Assembly: GCA_965202905.1 (NCBI GenBank) | Contig: OZ241868.1 | Span: forward strand, 900,879 to 964,878 | DNA from: Alphaproteobacteria bacterium | Lineage (GTDB): Bacteria > Pseudomonadota > Alphaproteobacteria > MPNO01 | DNA length: 64,000 nt | Direction: 5' to 3' | In this document: in pieces, positions 49,652-60,291 of the stretch | How positions within the stretch are numbered: the first letter of the stretch is position 1 | Layout of the letters: every line of letters begins with the position of its first letter | Position numbers and translations under genes: made by a program | The notes under the pieces: model-generated | Database searches by the model: none | What the model was told of the DNA's origin: nothing | Seen by the model: only the letters and a program-made list of their open reading frames with translations

Positions 49652-51232
49652 ATGAAGGATAACACCGTGATCGTCGACAAATCGGTGAGCCCGTCCGCGC
49701 TCGACTTCGCGCCGGTCTTCAACGTTGCGGTCCCGTTCATCGACCGCCATCTGGACGAAGGGCGCGCGGACAAGACCGCCATTCGCACGGCCGAGGACTC
49801 GCTTACCTATGCCGGGCTCGCCGGGCGAGTGAACCGGTGCGGCAACGTCGTCCTGGGGCTCGGAATAGAAGCGGGCGAGCGGGTTCTGATGGTAATCAAG
49901 GACTGCCCCGACTTCGTTTGCCTGTTTTTCGGGGCCATCAAGGCCGGCGCCATCCCCGTCCCGGTCAACACGCTGCTGCGCGCCGCGGACTACGCATTCC
50001 TGATCGAGGATTCCCGGTGCGCCGCGCTGGTCTACAGCCCGGAATTCGCAGACACAATCGAATGCGCCCTGGCCGGGGCGAGTCACGCGCCCAGGCATAC
50101 GATCCCGACCGAGGGCGCGGGCGGGCTGACGGGGATGATGGACGAGGCCGCCGCCGATCTGGAGCCGGCCCCGAGCGCGCCCGGGGACGACTGCTTCTGG
50201 CTCTATTCGTCGGGCTCGACCGGCAACCCGAAGGGCGTCGTCCACGCCCATCGCGACATGGTGTGCACGTCGGAGCGCTACGCCGTGGCCGCCACCGGCC
50301 TGCGCGAGGACGACATCGTCTATTCGGTCAGCAAGCTGTTCCATTCCTACGGCTTCGGCAACGCGATGACGTTCCCGCTTTGGGCGGGCGCTGGCATCGT
50401 CCTGAGCGACCGCCGGGTCTCGCCCGAGATGACTTTCGAGATCATCGAGGCGTTCCGGCCGACCGTTTTCTACGGCGTGCCGACGCTCTATGCGCAGCAG
50501 CTTCGGGCGATGGAGACCGCGAACCCGGACCTGTCGTCCCTGCGCCTGTGCATCTCCGCCGGCGAGGCCCTGCCGGCCGACGTGCTGCGGCGCTGGACCG
50601 GGCGCACCGGCGTGCTGATCCTCGACGGGCTCGGTTCGACCGAGATGCTGCATATCTTCATCACCAACACCGAGGCCGATCACAAGCCCGGCGCCTCGGG
50701 CCGCGTGGTGCCGGGCTACGAGGTCAGGATCGTCGACGAGCACGGCGAAACGGTTCCGCGAGGCGAGATCGGCGGCGTCCACGTCAAGGGCGAATCGGCC
50801 GCCAGCCGCTACTGGAACGACCCCGGGAAGACCGCGGGCACCATGCTGGGCGAATGGCTGAACACCGGCGACATGTACTACCAGGACGAGGACGGTTATT
50901 TCATCAACTGCGGCCGCGGCGACGACATGCTCAAGGTCGGCGCCTTGTGGTGCTCGCCCTTCGAGATCGAAGCCGCGCTGATCGAGCACGCCAAGGTTCT
51001 GGAGGCTGCGGTCGTCGGCCGCGCCGACGAGGACGGGTTGATCAAGCCCGAGGCGTTCGTGGTCCTCAACGACGCCGGCGACGCCGGCGAGGACATGGCC
51101 CACGATCTGCGCGAGCATTGCCGGGACAGGCTCGCCCGCTACAAATACCCGCGCTGGTTCACCTTCGTGGACGAACTGCCCAAGACCGCGACCGGCAAGA
51201 TCCAGCGCTTCCGGCTGCGCGCCGAAGGCTGA
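49652..51232 (+). CDS. Benzoate-CoA ligase family (aromatic acid:CoA ligase)
   Basis: 526 aa. AMP-binding motif YSSGSTGNPKGV, YGVPTLY, GDMYYQDEDGYFINCGRGDDMLKV, C-terminal KTATGKIQR. Close to BadA/BclA-type ligases. RBS GGAGGG. Confidence 0.8.
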   Translation: MKDNTVIVDKSVSPSALDFAPVFNVAVPFIDRHLDEGRADKTAIRTAEDSLTYAGLAGRVNRCGNVVLGLGIEAGERVLMVIKDCPDFVCLFFGAIKAGAIPVPVNTLLRAADYAFLIEDSRCAALVYSPEFADTIECALAGASHAPRHTIPTEGAGGLTGMMDEAAADLEPAPSAPGDDCFWLYSSGSTGNPKGVVHAHRDMVCTSERYAVAATGLREDDIVYSVSKLFHSYGFGNAMTFPLWAGAGIVLSDRRVSPEMTFEIIEAFRPTVFYGVPTLYAQQLRAMETANPDLSSLRLCISAGEALPADVLRRWTGRTGVLILDGLGSTEMLHIFITNTEADHKPGASGRVVPGYEVRIVDEHGETVPRGEIGGVHVKGESAASRYWNDPGKTAGTMLGEWLNTGDMYYQDEDGYFINCGRGDDMLKVGALWCSPFEIEAALIEHAKVLEAAVVGRADEDGLIKPEAFVVLNDAGDAGEDMAHDLREHCRDRLARYKYPRWFTFVDELPKTATGKIQRFRLRAEG

Positions 51233-51329
51233 GCCGCGGCGGCAATGAAACCGGGGCGGCCCGCGAAGGCCGCCCCGAATCGTTCGTCCGGCGAAGTTCG
51301 TCCGGCGAGGGTCCTGGTCTTCCGCCGGA

Positions 51330-52922
51330 CTACCTGCCGGTGCGCGCGAGGCTGTGGACCCAGCCCTTCATGCGCGACCTGGCGTTGTCGATCTGGTCCT
51401 CCGAGAAGAAGTCCGACAAGGTCACCTTCTCGATCGGATAGACCGGGCGCAGGAAGTCGCTCTCATAGCCGAACGGAACCGTGGCGTCGATGCCCATGCC
51501 GCCTTCGAACATGGTGTTCGAGGCCGTCCATTCCTTGTCGCCGGCAGTCATGCGCTCCGCAGGCATGAAGGTCTGGCCGCGTCCGCCGGGGAGCGGATTG
51601 AGAATGTCGGTCTTCGGGTTGACGCGGGTGGTCAGGCACCACATCACGTCGTCCATGTCGTAGGGATCGGTGTCCTCGGAGACCGCGATGCACAGGCGCG
51701 AGCCTTGCGAGGTCGCCAGGATCGCGGCCATGAAATTGCGCTGCCAGCCCTCGTCCAGCCGGTTGCGCTTCTTGACCTGGATGATCCCGCCGCCCCAGTC
51801 GGTCATGCAGTAGGGGATGACGCAGTCCTGGATGATGCCGGGCTGCATGCGCTCGCACAGCTCGAACATCGCCGCTTCGCGCACCGTGGTGTCGATGTTG
51901 TGGTCATCCAGCGTGTGCACGCCGAGCGCAAAGATGATCGGCTTGGTCTCGGGCTTGCGCATGGTCACCGCGGTGACGTGGAATGTGGGCGCCTTGTAGG
52001 CCTTGCCCATGTAGCCCGCCCATTCGGGATGGAAATGGAAGCGACCCTGGACGCCGGCCTCCTCCGCCTCGCCGGTCTCGTAGCGCCGGTCGCGCGGGTT
52101 GACGTAGCCTTCCAGCACCAGCTCGCAATCGGCCAGCGCCAGCGCATCGACCGTGCGCGCCTTGACCATGCGGACCGGCTGGCCCTGGACGGCGCCGGCG
52201 ATGCCGATCTCGTCGCAGCCCTGGGGCAGGATCACATAGTCGAAGCCCGCGCCGGCGAGAAGGGTGCAGGACGGCGGCACGCCGAAGCACATGGTGATCG
52301 GCACCGGCTTGTCGTCCTTGTAGTGCTTGGAGACGACCTGCCACATGTGCGAACCGGGCGAAATCTGGAAGGTTCCGACATTGCCCCAACGGAAGTTCAT
52401 CCGGTTGTAGCCGAGATCGGAGCCGCCATCGAAATACTCGCCGGTGATCACCCGGTTGCCGGAGCCGACCGTCAACTCGGGCTCATAGGTGGTATGGCGG
52501 ATCGGCACCATGAACTCGTTGACGTCGGCCGGGTTCTCGATCACATGCTCCTGACACGGCGCCTCGTCCTGAGAGATCGTCACCGGGGGCAGCGGATGCG
52601 ACAGCGCGTAAGCGAGCTTGCGCGTGCGGTCCGTGTCGTCGGCCCAGCCGAACATCTTGTTGATCACCGAGATGTCGCCGAACAGATTGGTGATCAGACG
52701 GTGGTTGGGCTTGCCCTTGACGTTATTGAACAGGATCGGGCAGCCGCCATCCATCTGCTTCTGGATCGCGGTCAGTTCGAGGTCGGGATCGACCTGCTTG
52801 TCGGTCTCGATCAGATCGCCTTCCGTCCTCAGCCAATCCAGGGTGTTGCGCAGGTCGAAGATCGCCTCGGGCGGCGCCCCGAGTGCTTCCTTTGCAGCCG
52901 TGCTCATCAGTCTCTCCTTCAA
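51330..52922 (-). CDS. UbiD-family (prFMN-dependent) decarboxylase
   Basis: 530 aa with the UbiD fold signature regions (e.g. GGRGQTFMP, the metal/prFMN-binding E ... region). Confidence 0.75.
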   Translation of the reverse strand: MKERLMSTAAKEALGAPPEAIFDLRNTLDWLRTEGDLIETDKQVDPDLELTAIQKQMDGGCPILFNNVKGKPNHRLITNLFGDISVINKMFGWADDTDRTRKLAYALSHPLPPVTISQDEAPCQEHVIENPADVNEFMVPIRHTTYEPELTVGSGNRVITGEYFDGGSDLGYNRMNFRWGNVGTFQISPGSHMWQVVSKHYKDDKPVPITMCFGVPPSCTLLAGAGFDYVILPQGCDEIGIAGAVQGQPVRMVKARTVDALALADCELVLEGYVNPRDRRYETGEAEEAGVQGRFHFHPEWAGYMGKAYKAPTFHVTAVTMRKPETKPIIFALGVHTLDDHNIDTTVREAAMFELCERMQPGIIQDCVIPYCMTDWGGGIIQVKKRNRLDEGWQRNFMAAILATSQGSRLCIAVSEDTDPYDMDDVMWCLTTRVNPKTDILNPLPGGRGQTFMPAERMTAGDKEWTASNTMFEGGMGIDATVPFGYESDFLRPVYPIEKVTLSDFFSEDQIDNARSRMKGWVHSLARTGR

Positions 52923-53186
52923 GCGTCCCCAAGGGCCGCGTTATTCGGCGGCCGGGGCGGTTCGTTGCCGCGTTAATCGGCGGCGGAAACGAGCGACGGG
53001 TTGTCAGAACCCACCGCAACGCGCTTTCGCTGTCCGGCCTGGCGCTCGAGCCGAGCCGGACGGCGACCGGACACTACCCGGCCGAACCCATAAAGGCAAA
53101 GTCTGGCCGGCGACCCGGCCAGACTTCGTTTCGATCGCAACGAGCGTGAATCGCTATGTCCGCAGCGCGTCAGGGTCCGCAGCGCG

Positions 53187-54782
53187 TCAGGCGCTCGCAT
53201 GGCCCCGCCGCCAGATCTCCTTGAGATCCTCGCGGCGGACCTTGCCGCGGTCGTTCTTGGGCAGGGACTCAACGAAATAGACCGCTTTCGGCGCCCGGTA
53301 TTCGGGCATGGTCCCGGCGCAATGGCCCCTGATCTCGTCCTCGTTCGGCGCTTCGCCCGCCCGCGCGACGACGTAGCACACGACCTCTTCGCCATAGATG
53401 GAATCCGGCACGCCCACGGCCGCGGCCTCCAGCACCTTGGGGTGGCGCAGGACCACGTTGTCGATCTCATTGGGCGAGATGTTGACCCCGCCGCGGATAA
53501 TCAGGTCCTTGAGCCGGCCGGTCACGGTGACGAACCCCTCCTCGTCCATCACCGCAAGATCGCCGAGATGGATGCGGCGGCCCCGAAGGTCTTCCCATTC
53601 CCCGTCCGCGGAGATCGAGGCGACCGCGCATTGCGGCCCGCCCAGCGTCACCTCGCCCTCGATCCCGGGCGGGCACGGATTGCCGTCCGCATCGACGATC
53701 AGGAATTCCTGGTGCCTGGCCGGCGGGCCCACGGTGCCCTTCTTCTTGTAGTAATGTCGGTTGCCGCACACCCAGCCGCCCTCCGAGGAGCCGTAGAACT
53801 GGATCACCGGGATGCCGTAGGTGTCCTCGAACTGCCGCCAGCGTTCCGGCGTCAGCGGCGCGGTGCTCGAACTCATCAGCCGCAGGGTCGGCAAATCCTT
53901 CGCCGTCACGTCCGCCGGCTCGTTGAGCAGCATGTTGATCACGGTCGGGATGCCGACCGAGAAGGTGATGCCGTGGGTCTTGATCCAATCGAAAAAACGG
54001 CTGGCCGAGAACCGCCTGGCGAAGTAGAGCGTACAGCCGGTCTGCATCCACGGCAGCAGGCTCAGCCCCTGCGCCGAATTCCAGCCGAAGGAGCGGTATT
54101 CCAACGTCCGGTCGTTTTCGGTCAGCCCGAGAAAATCGATCGAGGACAGGCCGAAGAGCCAGTGGCCGAGCTGGTCGCAGACGAAGAGCTTGGGCTTGTC
54201 GGTGGTGCCGGATGTGCAATAGACGCTGCCGATATCCTCGGGCGCGTTCTCGACGCCCCGTTCGGGCGACGCCGGACCGGCCGCAACCCGGGCGAAGAAC
54301 TCCCCGGAATCCGGGTCGCCCCCGGCATCGGGACGCCAGGTCGAGAAGACCATGATCTCGCCGCCGACCCCCCCGGTCATGCGCGGGCCGTCCATGTCCT
54401 GGTGCCAGAGCGTCAGCTTGGGCGTCAGCCTCTGCAGGATCTCGGCGACATAGGCGATGTTCATCTCGACATTGAGCGGGCAGATCACCGCGCCGGCGCG
54501 CCAGATCCCCATCCACAGGATGATCTTCTCCAGCCTCTCGTCGCACAGCACGGCAACGTTGTCGCCCTTGCCGACGCCGCGCCCGGCCAGGAAGTTCGCG
54601 ATGCGGTTGACTTCGGCGTGGAGCTGGCCGAACGTGATCGAAGTGTCCTGGTCGAGGTCGTAAAGCGCGGTCTTGTCCGGGTCGCGGGCCTTGTAGCGGT
54701 CGAGCAGCGCCCGCACCGATTGGAAGGGAATCGCGAGGTCGTGCTCCGCTCCCGGTTCGGTCCCACCCACTTTTCGCGCCAT
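53187..54782 (-). CDS. AMP-dependent synthetase/ligase (acyl-CoA synthetase family)
   Basis: YCTSGTTDKPK (A3 motif), YGSSEGG, GDLAVMDEEGFVTVTGRLKDLI, KNDRGKV. Start MARKVGG (ATG 54782) with a GAGGAG RBS. Confidence 0.8.
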   Translation of the reverse strand: MARKVGGTEPGAEHDLAIPFQSVRALLDRYKARDPDKTALYDLDQDTSITFGQLHAEVNRIANFLAGRGVGKGDNVAVLCDERLEKIILWMGIWRAGAVICPLNVEMNIAYVAEILQRLTPKLTLWHQDMDGPRMTGGVGGEIMVFSTWRPDAGGDPDSGEFFARVAAGPASPERGVENAPEDIGSVYCTSGTTDKPKLFVCDQLGHWLFGLSSIDFLGLTENDRTLEYRSFGWNSAQGLSLLPWMQTGCTLYFARRFSASRFFDWIKTHGITFSVGIPTVINMLLNEPADVTAKDLPTLRLMSSSTAPLTPERWRQFEDTYGIPVIQFYGSSEGGWVCGNRHYYKKKGTVGPPARHQEFLIVDADGNPCPPGIEGEVTLGGPQCAVASISADGEWEDLRGRRIHLGDLAVMDEEGFVTVTGRLKDLIIRGGVNISPNEIDNVVLRHPKVLEAAAVGVPDSIYGEEVVCYVVARAGEAPNEDEIRGHCAGTMPEYRAPKAVYFVESLPKNDRGKVRREDLKEIWRRGHASA

Positions 54783-55102
54783 CGACTCACTCCTCGAACC
54801 GTCCCTGAACCATGCGCACGCGCCGAGAACCATGCACACGCGCCGAGTGAAGCGATAGTCCGTAGGGCGCCGAGCGCGGTCAAGCATGTCGCGGCCCTTC
54901 GGAATCGGGCTCGTTCGAGGCTTTCTTGGCGCTCTTGGCGATGATAGTTTAACCGATCTTTCGCTGTGGCGGCGCGCCGCGTCGGGCCGATGTCCGCCTC
55001 ATGGAACCAGTCGGTCGACGCGCCCGGTGGATCGTTTCACCGTGCGCCGTCCACTGAACCGGACGCCGCCGAGAGCGGCCCGGCAAGATCGGAGGCAAAG
55101 CG

Positions 55103-56101
55103 ATGCGCGCAGTGGTCGTCGAGGAATTCGGCCCGCTCGAGAATCACAGGCTCAAAGAGGCGCCCGACCCCGAGCCCGGACCGCAGGAAGTCCTGATCGA
55201 CATCCATGCCATCGGCGTGAACTTCCCCGACACCCTGATGATGCAGGGGCTTTATCAGACCAGGCCCGATCGCCCGTTCGTGCCGGGCCGGGACGCCGCG
55301 GGCGTCGTCACGGCGGTCGGCGAGAAGATCACCAAGGTCAGGACCGGCGACCGGATCGCCGTCATGGTCCCGATCGGCGCCTATGCCGAGAAGGTCGTGG
55401 CGCCGGAATCGCGCTGTTTCCCACTGCCCGACGGCGTCGATTTCATCACCGGAGCCGGGATGACGACCATCTACAACACGGCCTATGTGTCCCTGATGAT
55501 CCGCGGGCAGTTCCAGCCGGGCGAGACCGTACTGGTGCTGGGCGCCTCGGGCGGCGTCGGGCTCGCCGCCGTCCAAATCGCCAAGGCCAAGGGCGCAATC
55601 GTGCTCGCGGCCGCCACCTCCGAAGAGAAGGCCGCGCTGGCCAAGGCCAACGGCGCGGACCATACGATCGACCTGTCGGTCGGCGACCTGCGCGAGGGGC
55701 TTCGCGAGCAGGTCTTCGCCGCAACCGGCGGGCGGGGCGTGGACATCGTTCTCGATCCGGTCGGCGGTGATGTGTTCGATGCGGCCATCCGCACGCTTGC
55801 CTTTGCCGGCAGGATCGTCGCCATCGGGTTTGCGGCGGGCCGGATCCCCGAGGCCAAGGCCGGATATTTCAACGTCAAGAACCTGACTTTGGCCGGCGTC
55901 TCGCTCGACCTGCACTTCCGCTACATGCCCGAGACCATGGAGAAGGTCGTCGCCGAGGTGATGGACATGTGCGTCAAGGGCGAGATTCGCCCGGAGATCA
56001 CCGCCACCCACAAGCTGGAGGATTTCCAGCAGGCGATTGCGCTATTCGGCCAGCGCAGGGCCGTCGGCAAAACGGTGCTGACCACGGGCAAGGCCGGCTG
56101 A
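55103..56101 (+). CDS. NADPH:quinone oxidoreductase / zinc-type MDR family
   Basis: GVNFPD, GASGGVGLAAVQIAKAKGA Rossmann motif. Confidence 0.8.
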   Translation: MRAVVVEEFGPLENHRLKEAPDPEPGPQEVLIDIHAIGVNFPDTLMMQGLYQTRPDRPFVPGRDAAGVVTAVGEKITKVRTGDRIAVMVPIGAYAEKVVAPESRCFPLPDGVDFITGAGMTTIYNTAYVSLMIRGQFQPGETVLVLGASGGVGLAAVQIAKAKGAIVLAAATSEEKAALAKANGADHTIDLSVGDLREGLREQVFAATGGRGVDIVLDPVGGDVFDAAIRTLAFAGRIVAIGFAAGRIPEAKAGYFNVKNLTLAGVSLDLHFRYMPETMEKVVAEVMDMCVKGEIRPEITATHKLEDFQQAIALFGQRRAVGKTVLTTGKAG

Positions 56102-56123
56102 GCCGGTCGCCGGGCCGGCGTCG

Positions 56124-56831
56124 ATGGCGGCCCGCGGCCCCAGGATCGAGCAGGTCGACGCGCTCCTCGACGCGGCGAGATCGCGCGGCGCGCGGACGCT
56201 GTCCGAATACGACAGCAAGCTCGTCCTGGCCGCCTATGGCGTCCCGGTGACCCGCGAGATTCCGGTCAACGGGCTCGGCGAGGCCAGGACGGCGGCGCGG
56301 ACGCTCGGCCGCCCGGTCGTTCTGAAGGCCTGCGGGGCGGACGCCGCTCACAAGACAGAACAAGGGCTGGTCGCGCTCGATCTCGGCACCGACAAGGCGC
56401 TCGCCGAAGCCTTTCGCTCAATCAAGGCGCGCGCGGGACCGGCGTTCAGCGGCGGCTTTCTCGTTCAGGAGATGGTCAAGGGCGAGCGCGAGTTTGCGAT
56501 CGGCATGATCCGCGATCGGCAGTTCGGCCCATCGGTCATGTTCGGCCTCGGCGGGATTTTTACCGAGGTCCTGCAAGACGTGGTCTTCCGCGTCGCGCCG
56601 GTGCGCAAACGCGACGCGCTGGACATGCTGGGAAGCATCCGCGCGCGCAAGCTGCTGGACGCCATCCGCGGCATGCCGGCGGTGGATTGCAACGCGCTTG
56701 CCAGATCCATCGTCGCGCTCGGCAGGATCGGCCTCGATCATCCGGGAATCGAGCAGATCGATGTGAATCCGATGATCGCGCGTGGGGCGGATCCGGTGGC
56801 GGTCGACGCGCTGATCGTGCTCGGCCGGTGA
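56124..56831 (+). CDS. Acyl-CoA synthetase (NDP-forming) beta/ATP-grasp domain protein
   Basis: SEYDSKLVLAAYGVPV ... PVVLKA ... ATP-grasp_5-type pattern as in acetyl-CoA synthetase (ADP-forming) beta subunits. Only 235 aa, so it may be a stand-alone domain. Confidence 0.55.
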   Translation: MAARGPRIEQVDALLDAARSRGARTLSEYDSKLVLAAYGVPVTREIPVNGLGEARTAARTLGRPVVLKACGADAAHKTEQGLVALDLGTDKALAEAFRSIKARAGPAFSGGFLVQEMVKGEREFAIGMIRDRQFGPSVMFGLGGIFTEVLQDVVFRVAPVRKRDALDMLGSIRARKLLDAIRGMPAVDCNALARSIVALGRIGLDHPGIEQIDVNPMIARGADPVAVDALIVLGR

Positions 56832-56900
56832 TGTCGGCGATGGCCCGCCGACGATGGCCGGGTGACGGCCCGGCGGCGATGGGAGCGGCGATGGGAGATG

Positions 56901-57347
56901 CAAACGATGACAAATGACGCCGATGCAAGGCGGGCGGCGCTCGCGGCGCTGGTGGTCGACTTCACCGAGGCCTTCAACCGCGAAAACATCGACGAGGTGA
57001 TGTCGTATTTCGCCGTCGATGCGATCTATGACGAGTTTCACGGCGAGCGCCACCAGGGCGTCGAGGCGATTCGCGCGGCCTTTGTCCCGCAGTTCCGCGG
57101 CGATTACGGCAGGATGCGGTTTCACAGCGAGGACATGTTCCTCGATGTCGCGGCCGGAAAGGCGATGATCCGCTGGTTGCTGACCCTGGAGACCCCCGAC
57201 CGCGCCGGCGGCTGGCGCGGCCTCGACCTCCTCCATTTCGAGGACGACAAGCTCAAGGAGAAGCACACCTACGCCAAGGCCAAGGTGCCGCTGATCGAGG
57301 CAAAGGAGGACTCCGCGCGGGTGCGCGAGGCGCTCGAAACCACCTGA
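56901..57347 (+). CDS. NTF2-like (SnoaL-like) domain protein
   Basis: ALVVDFTEAFNRENIDEVMSYFAVDAIYDEFHG is typical of a SnoaL-like polyketide-cyclase fold. Start at MQTMTND. Confidence 0.55.
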   Translation, partial: QTMTNDADARRAALAALVVDFTEAFNRENIDEVMSYFAVDAIYDEFHGERHQGVEAIRAAFVPQFRGDYGRMRFHSEDMFLDVAAGKAMIRWLLTLETPDRAGGWRGLDLLHFEDDKLKEKHTYAKAKVPLIEAKEDSARVREALETT

Positions 57348-57360
57348 GCGATCGCCGGTT

Positions 57361-58254
57361 TCAGAGGACGTCTGCGTCCAGAAACGCCTTCACGATCCCG
57401 ACGATCGCTTTTGGATCGGCCAGATGCGGGAAATGGCCGACGCCCGGAAGCAGGCGCGCCTTTGCGTTGGGGACCGCGCGGCCGATCGACCCGATCTGGA
57501 CCGGCAGCCCGTACTCGTCCTCGCTGCCGTGGATGACGAAAAGCGGCTTTACGATCGCTGCGATCTCGCGGGTGACGTCCCAGCCCGCACCGAAGGCGCG
57601 CGACCACGTTTCCACCCAACCCTCCAGCAGCGCGGCCCCCTTCTCGCCGTGGAACCGGGGGATCCATGCCGGAACGTCGTCCTCGTCCAGGCATTTTCGC
57701 AGACGCCGGAGCTGGCCGGCGGTCGCGGCGTCGCCGTGGACATGGGCCGATATGCTGACCAGACCGCGCAGGCCGGCGGGATCGGTCGCGCCGTGCAGGA
57801 GCGCGATCGTCCCGCCGTCGCTGTGGCCGATCACGACGTGATCGTCGATGCCCGCCGCCGCCAGCACCCTGGGCAGGCGTTCGGCCGCATCCGCCATGAG
57901 AAAATCCGGGAACGCGGCGCGGGCGTCGGAACGGCCGTACCCCCAGCGGTCATAGGCGAACGCGCCCAGACCGGTCTCCTCGGCCAGCAGGCGCGGAAAG
58001 GCGCGCCAAGTCTCGATACTGCCCAGCCCGTCGTGCAGAAACACCAGCACCGGCGCGCCGGCAACCGGCGCCCGCGGCCATTCGGCGTAGAGCCGTGCGC
58101 CGTCGACCTCCAGAAATCTTCCCTGCAGCACGATCGCTTCGGTTTCCGCCGACGGGTGCGCGGCGGCCCCTGGTGGGCCGCAATCTTCTGCATGGCGGCC
58201 TTGGCCCGCGGCTGGGCCATGTCGATTTCGGGCAGCGAAAGCTCGCGCGGGCAC
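57361..58254 (-). CDS. Alpha/beta-hydrolase fold protein
   Basis: VLVFLHDGLGS ... GHSDGG nucleophile elbow ... GSEDE ... GHFPH. The N-terminal start is uncertain (no ATG near the expected position). Confidence 0.7.
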   Translation of the reverse strand: MPARAFAARNRHGPAAGQGRHAEDCGPPGAAAHPSAETEAIVLQGRFLEVDGARLYAEWPRAPVAGAPVLVFLHDGLGSIETWRAFPRLLAEETGLGAFAYDRWGYGRSDARAAFPDFLMADAAERLPRVLAAAGIDDHVVIGHSDGGTIALLHGATDPAGLRGLVSISAHVHGDAATAGQLRRLRKCLDEDDVPAWIPRFHGEKGAALLEGWVETWSRAFGAGWDVTREIAAIVKPLFVIHGSEDEYGLPVQIGSIGRAVPNAKARLLPGVGHFPHLADPKAIVGIVKAFLDADVL

Positions 58255-59121
58255 CGGGCGCGCTCAAGCTCCCACGCGATGACCGCCGCGCGGACTTTGA
58301 GCGCATTTCTCACCTGCTCGTGAATCAGCGACTGGGGCTGACTGATCAGACCGTAGACCGTGGTCGATCTCGTCGACGACCGGACCCGGCGCCATCAGGC
58401 GAACGCCCTGCGGTATGCGCATGATCGGCCGCTCGGACGGGCTGCTACCCTGCCAGCGGAAGACCATGAGGATGTCATAGTTCGGCCGCTCCGGGGCTTC
58501 GAGCGGCGATCGCATTGGTAGTCGATCGTCACCCGATGGCCGCGCCGACGGAACAAATCGGTGGCTGACCGAGAGACCCGGCTCGATGTGTCGCCCTCCA
58601 TCCGCACCCGGACGCCCTCGGTCCTGCCGAGCGCACACGAACATAAGGTGTGTGTCAGGGTTTCGCCCTTGGCCATTGACGCCATTGACGACATTCCCAT
58701 GGGCTTGGCGTCGGAGATTGCCCCGATGGCGTGACAGGCCAGTCGACAGGACATGTCGGTGCGGGTCGAAGGCTGATCGAAAATCAGTGCGATCGGGACG
58801 CCAGCGGCAGACGCCGGGCGGTCGATCAACGGAAAGATCTCATCGGGGCCATACATCATATTGGCTTTATATTGGCTTTGGACTGGGCGCCGAGCGACCG
58901 GACGGCGCAATGGCGTCCGGCCCGCGCGGTCTGTGGAACTGGGGAGGATCGTCGGGACAGGCGGGGACCGGGATACCGAATTCCTCGCGCCCGGGGGCGG
59001 TGAGCGCGATCCAAACGACCGGAAACCCCGAAACGTCCATGGGTGGCGAGGCTACCCGGCGGCCCTGGAATCGGCTACTGATTAATAGATACCGCGAGAG
59101 CGATTCGAGGGAGACGCCGCG

Positions 59122-60291
59122 ATGACATCCGAACCGCACAACAGGCGGCCCCGCGCCGTCATGGCGGCGCTTGCGTTGTGTCTTGCGGTCCTGTTGCGCC
59201 CGGCGCCGGCGTCATCGCTCGAGACCACCGCCAGACATGCGATCCTGGTCGATGCCGAAACCGGTACGGTACTGTTGGAGCGCGAGGCCGACGAGTCGAT
59301 TCCGCCGGCATCGATGAGCAAGCTGATGACCGTCTACATGGCCTTCGAGCGGCTCAAGGACGGCAGCCTGAACATGGACGACAAGTTCCTGGTCAGCCGC
59401 AAGGCCTGGCGCAAGGGCGGCTCGAAAACGTTCGTGATGGTCAAAAAGCATGTGAGCGTGGAGGATCTCCTGCGCGGCATCATCGTCCAATCCGGCAACG
59501 ACGCCTGCATCGTGCTGGCCGAAGGACTCGCCGGCAGCGAGGAACGCTTCGCAGAGCAGATGACCCGGCGCGCGCGCGAGATCGGTCTGCGCCACAGCAG
59601 GTTCCGCAATGCGACCGGCTGGCCCGAGGACGGCCACCTGATGAGCGTTCGCGACATCGCGACCCTGTCGCAGCGCATCATCGAGGAGTTTCCCGAATAC
59701 TACCCGATGTTCGCCGAAAAGAGGTTTAGTTTCGGCGGCATCAGGCAAGGCAACCGCAACCCGCTGCTTTACGGCGATATCGGGGCCGACGGGCTCAAGA
59801 CCGGGCATACCGAAGCGGCCGGTTACGGCCTCGCCGGCTCCGCCGTGCGCGACGGGAGGCGGATCGTCATGGTCATCGCCGGGCTGAGCAGCGTGCGCGA
59901 GCGGACGCAGGAATCGTTCCGCCTCATGGAAATCGCCTTCAGCCGCTTCCGCAACTATACCCTGTTCGCAAAGGGGGCGGTGGTGGGCGAGGCCGGCGTC
60001 TGGCTGGGCAAGCGGGATTTGGTGCGCCTGGTCGCCGCGCGGGACGTCAAGATCACCCTGCAGCGCGACGCCCGCCCCGAGCTGAAGGCGGTGATCGCCT
60101 ATAGCGGACCGATACCCGCCCCCATCGAGCCGGGCGACCCGGTCGCCCGGCTCGTGGTCACGGCGCCGGACTTCGAGACGCTCGAAATTCCGTTGCTTGC
60201 CGACGAGGCCATCGACAAGCTCGGCCCCTTCCGGAGACTCGGCCCGGCGATCGAATACCTCCTCTGGGGCGAACCGGCCGTTCGCCGGTAG
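59122..60291 (+). CDS. dacC: D-alanyl-D-alanine carboxypeptidase (PBP5/6-like, peptidase S11)
   Basis: Signal peptide, SMSK active-site motif (PASMSKLMT), SGN (VQSGNDA), KTGHT (LKTGHTEAAG). Confidence 0.85.
   Translation: MTSEPHNRRPRAVMAALALCLAVLLRPAPASSLETTARHAILVDAETGTVLLEREADESIPPASMSKLMTVYMAFERLKDGSLNMDDKFLVSRKAWRKGGSKTFVMVKKHVSVEDLLRGIIVQSGNDACIVLAEGLAGSEERFAEQMTRRAREIGLRHSRFRNATGWPEDGHLMSVRDIATLSQRIIEEFPEYYPMFAEKRFSFGGIRQGNRNPLLYGDIGADGLKTGHTEAAGYGLAGSAVRDGRRIVMVIAGLSSVRERTQESFRLMEIAFSRFRNYTLFAKGAVVGEAGVWLGKRDLVRLVAARDVKITLQRDARPELKAVIAYSGPIPAPIEPGDPVARLVVTAPDFETLEIPLLADEAIDKLGPFRRLGPAIEYLLWGEPAVRR

Noticed and set aside
49409-54944. Several 500-580-aa ORFs antisense or alternate-frame to the benzoate-CoA ligase, UbiD and acyl-CoA synthetase genes
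   Set aside because: Each real gene has clear AMP-binding or UbiD signatures on the other strand or frame.
55037-58323. ORFs antisense to the quinone oxidoreductase, ATP-grasp, NTF2 and alpha/beta-hydrolase genes
   Set aside because: Shadow ORFs. No motifs.
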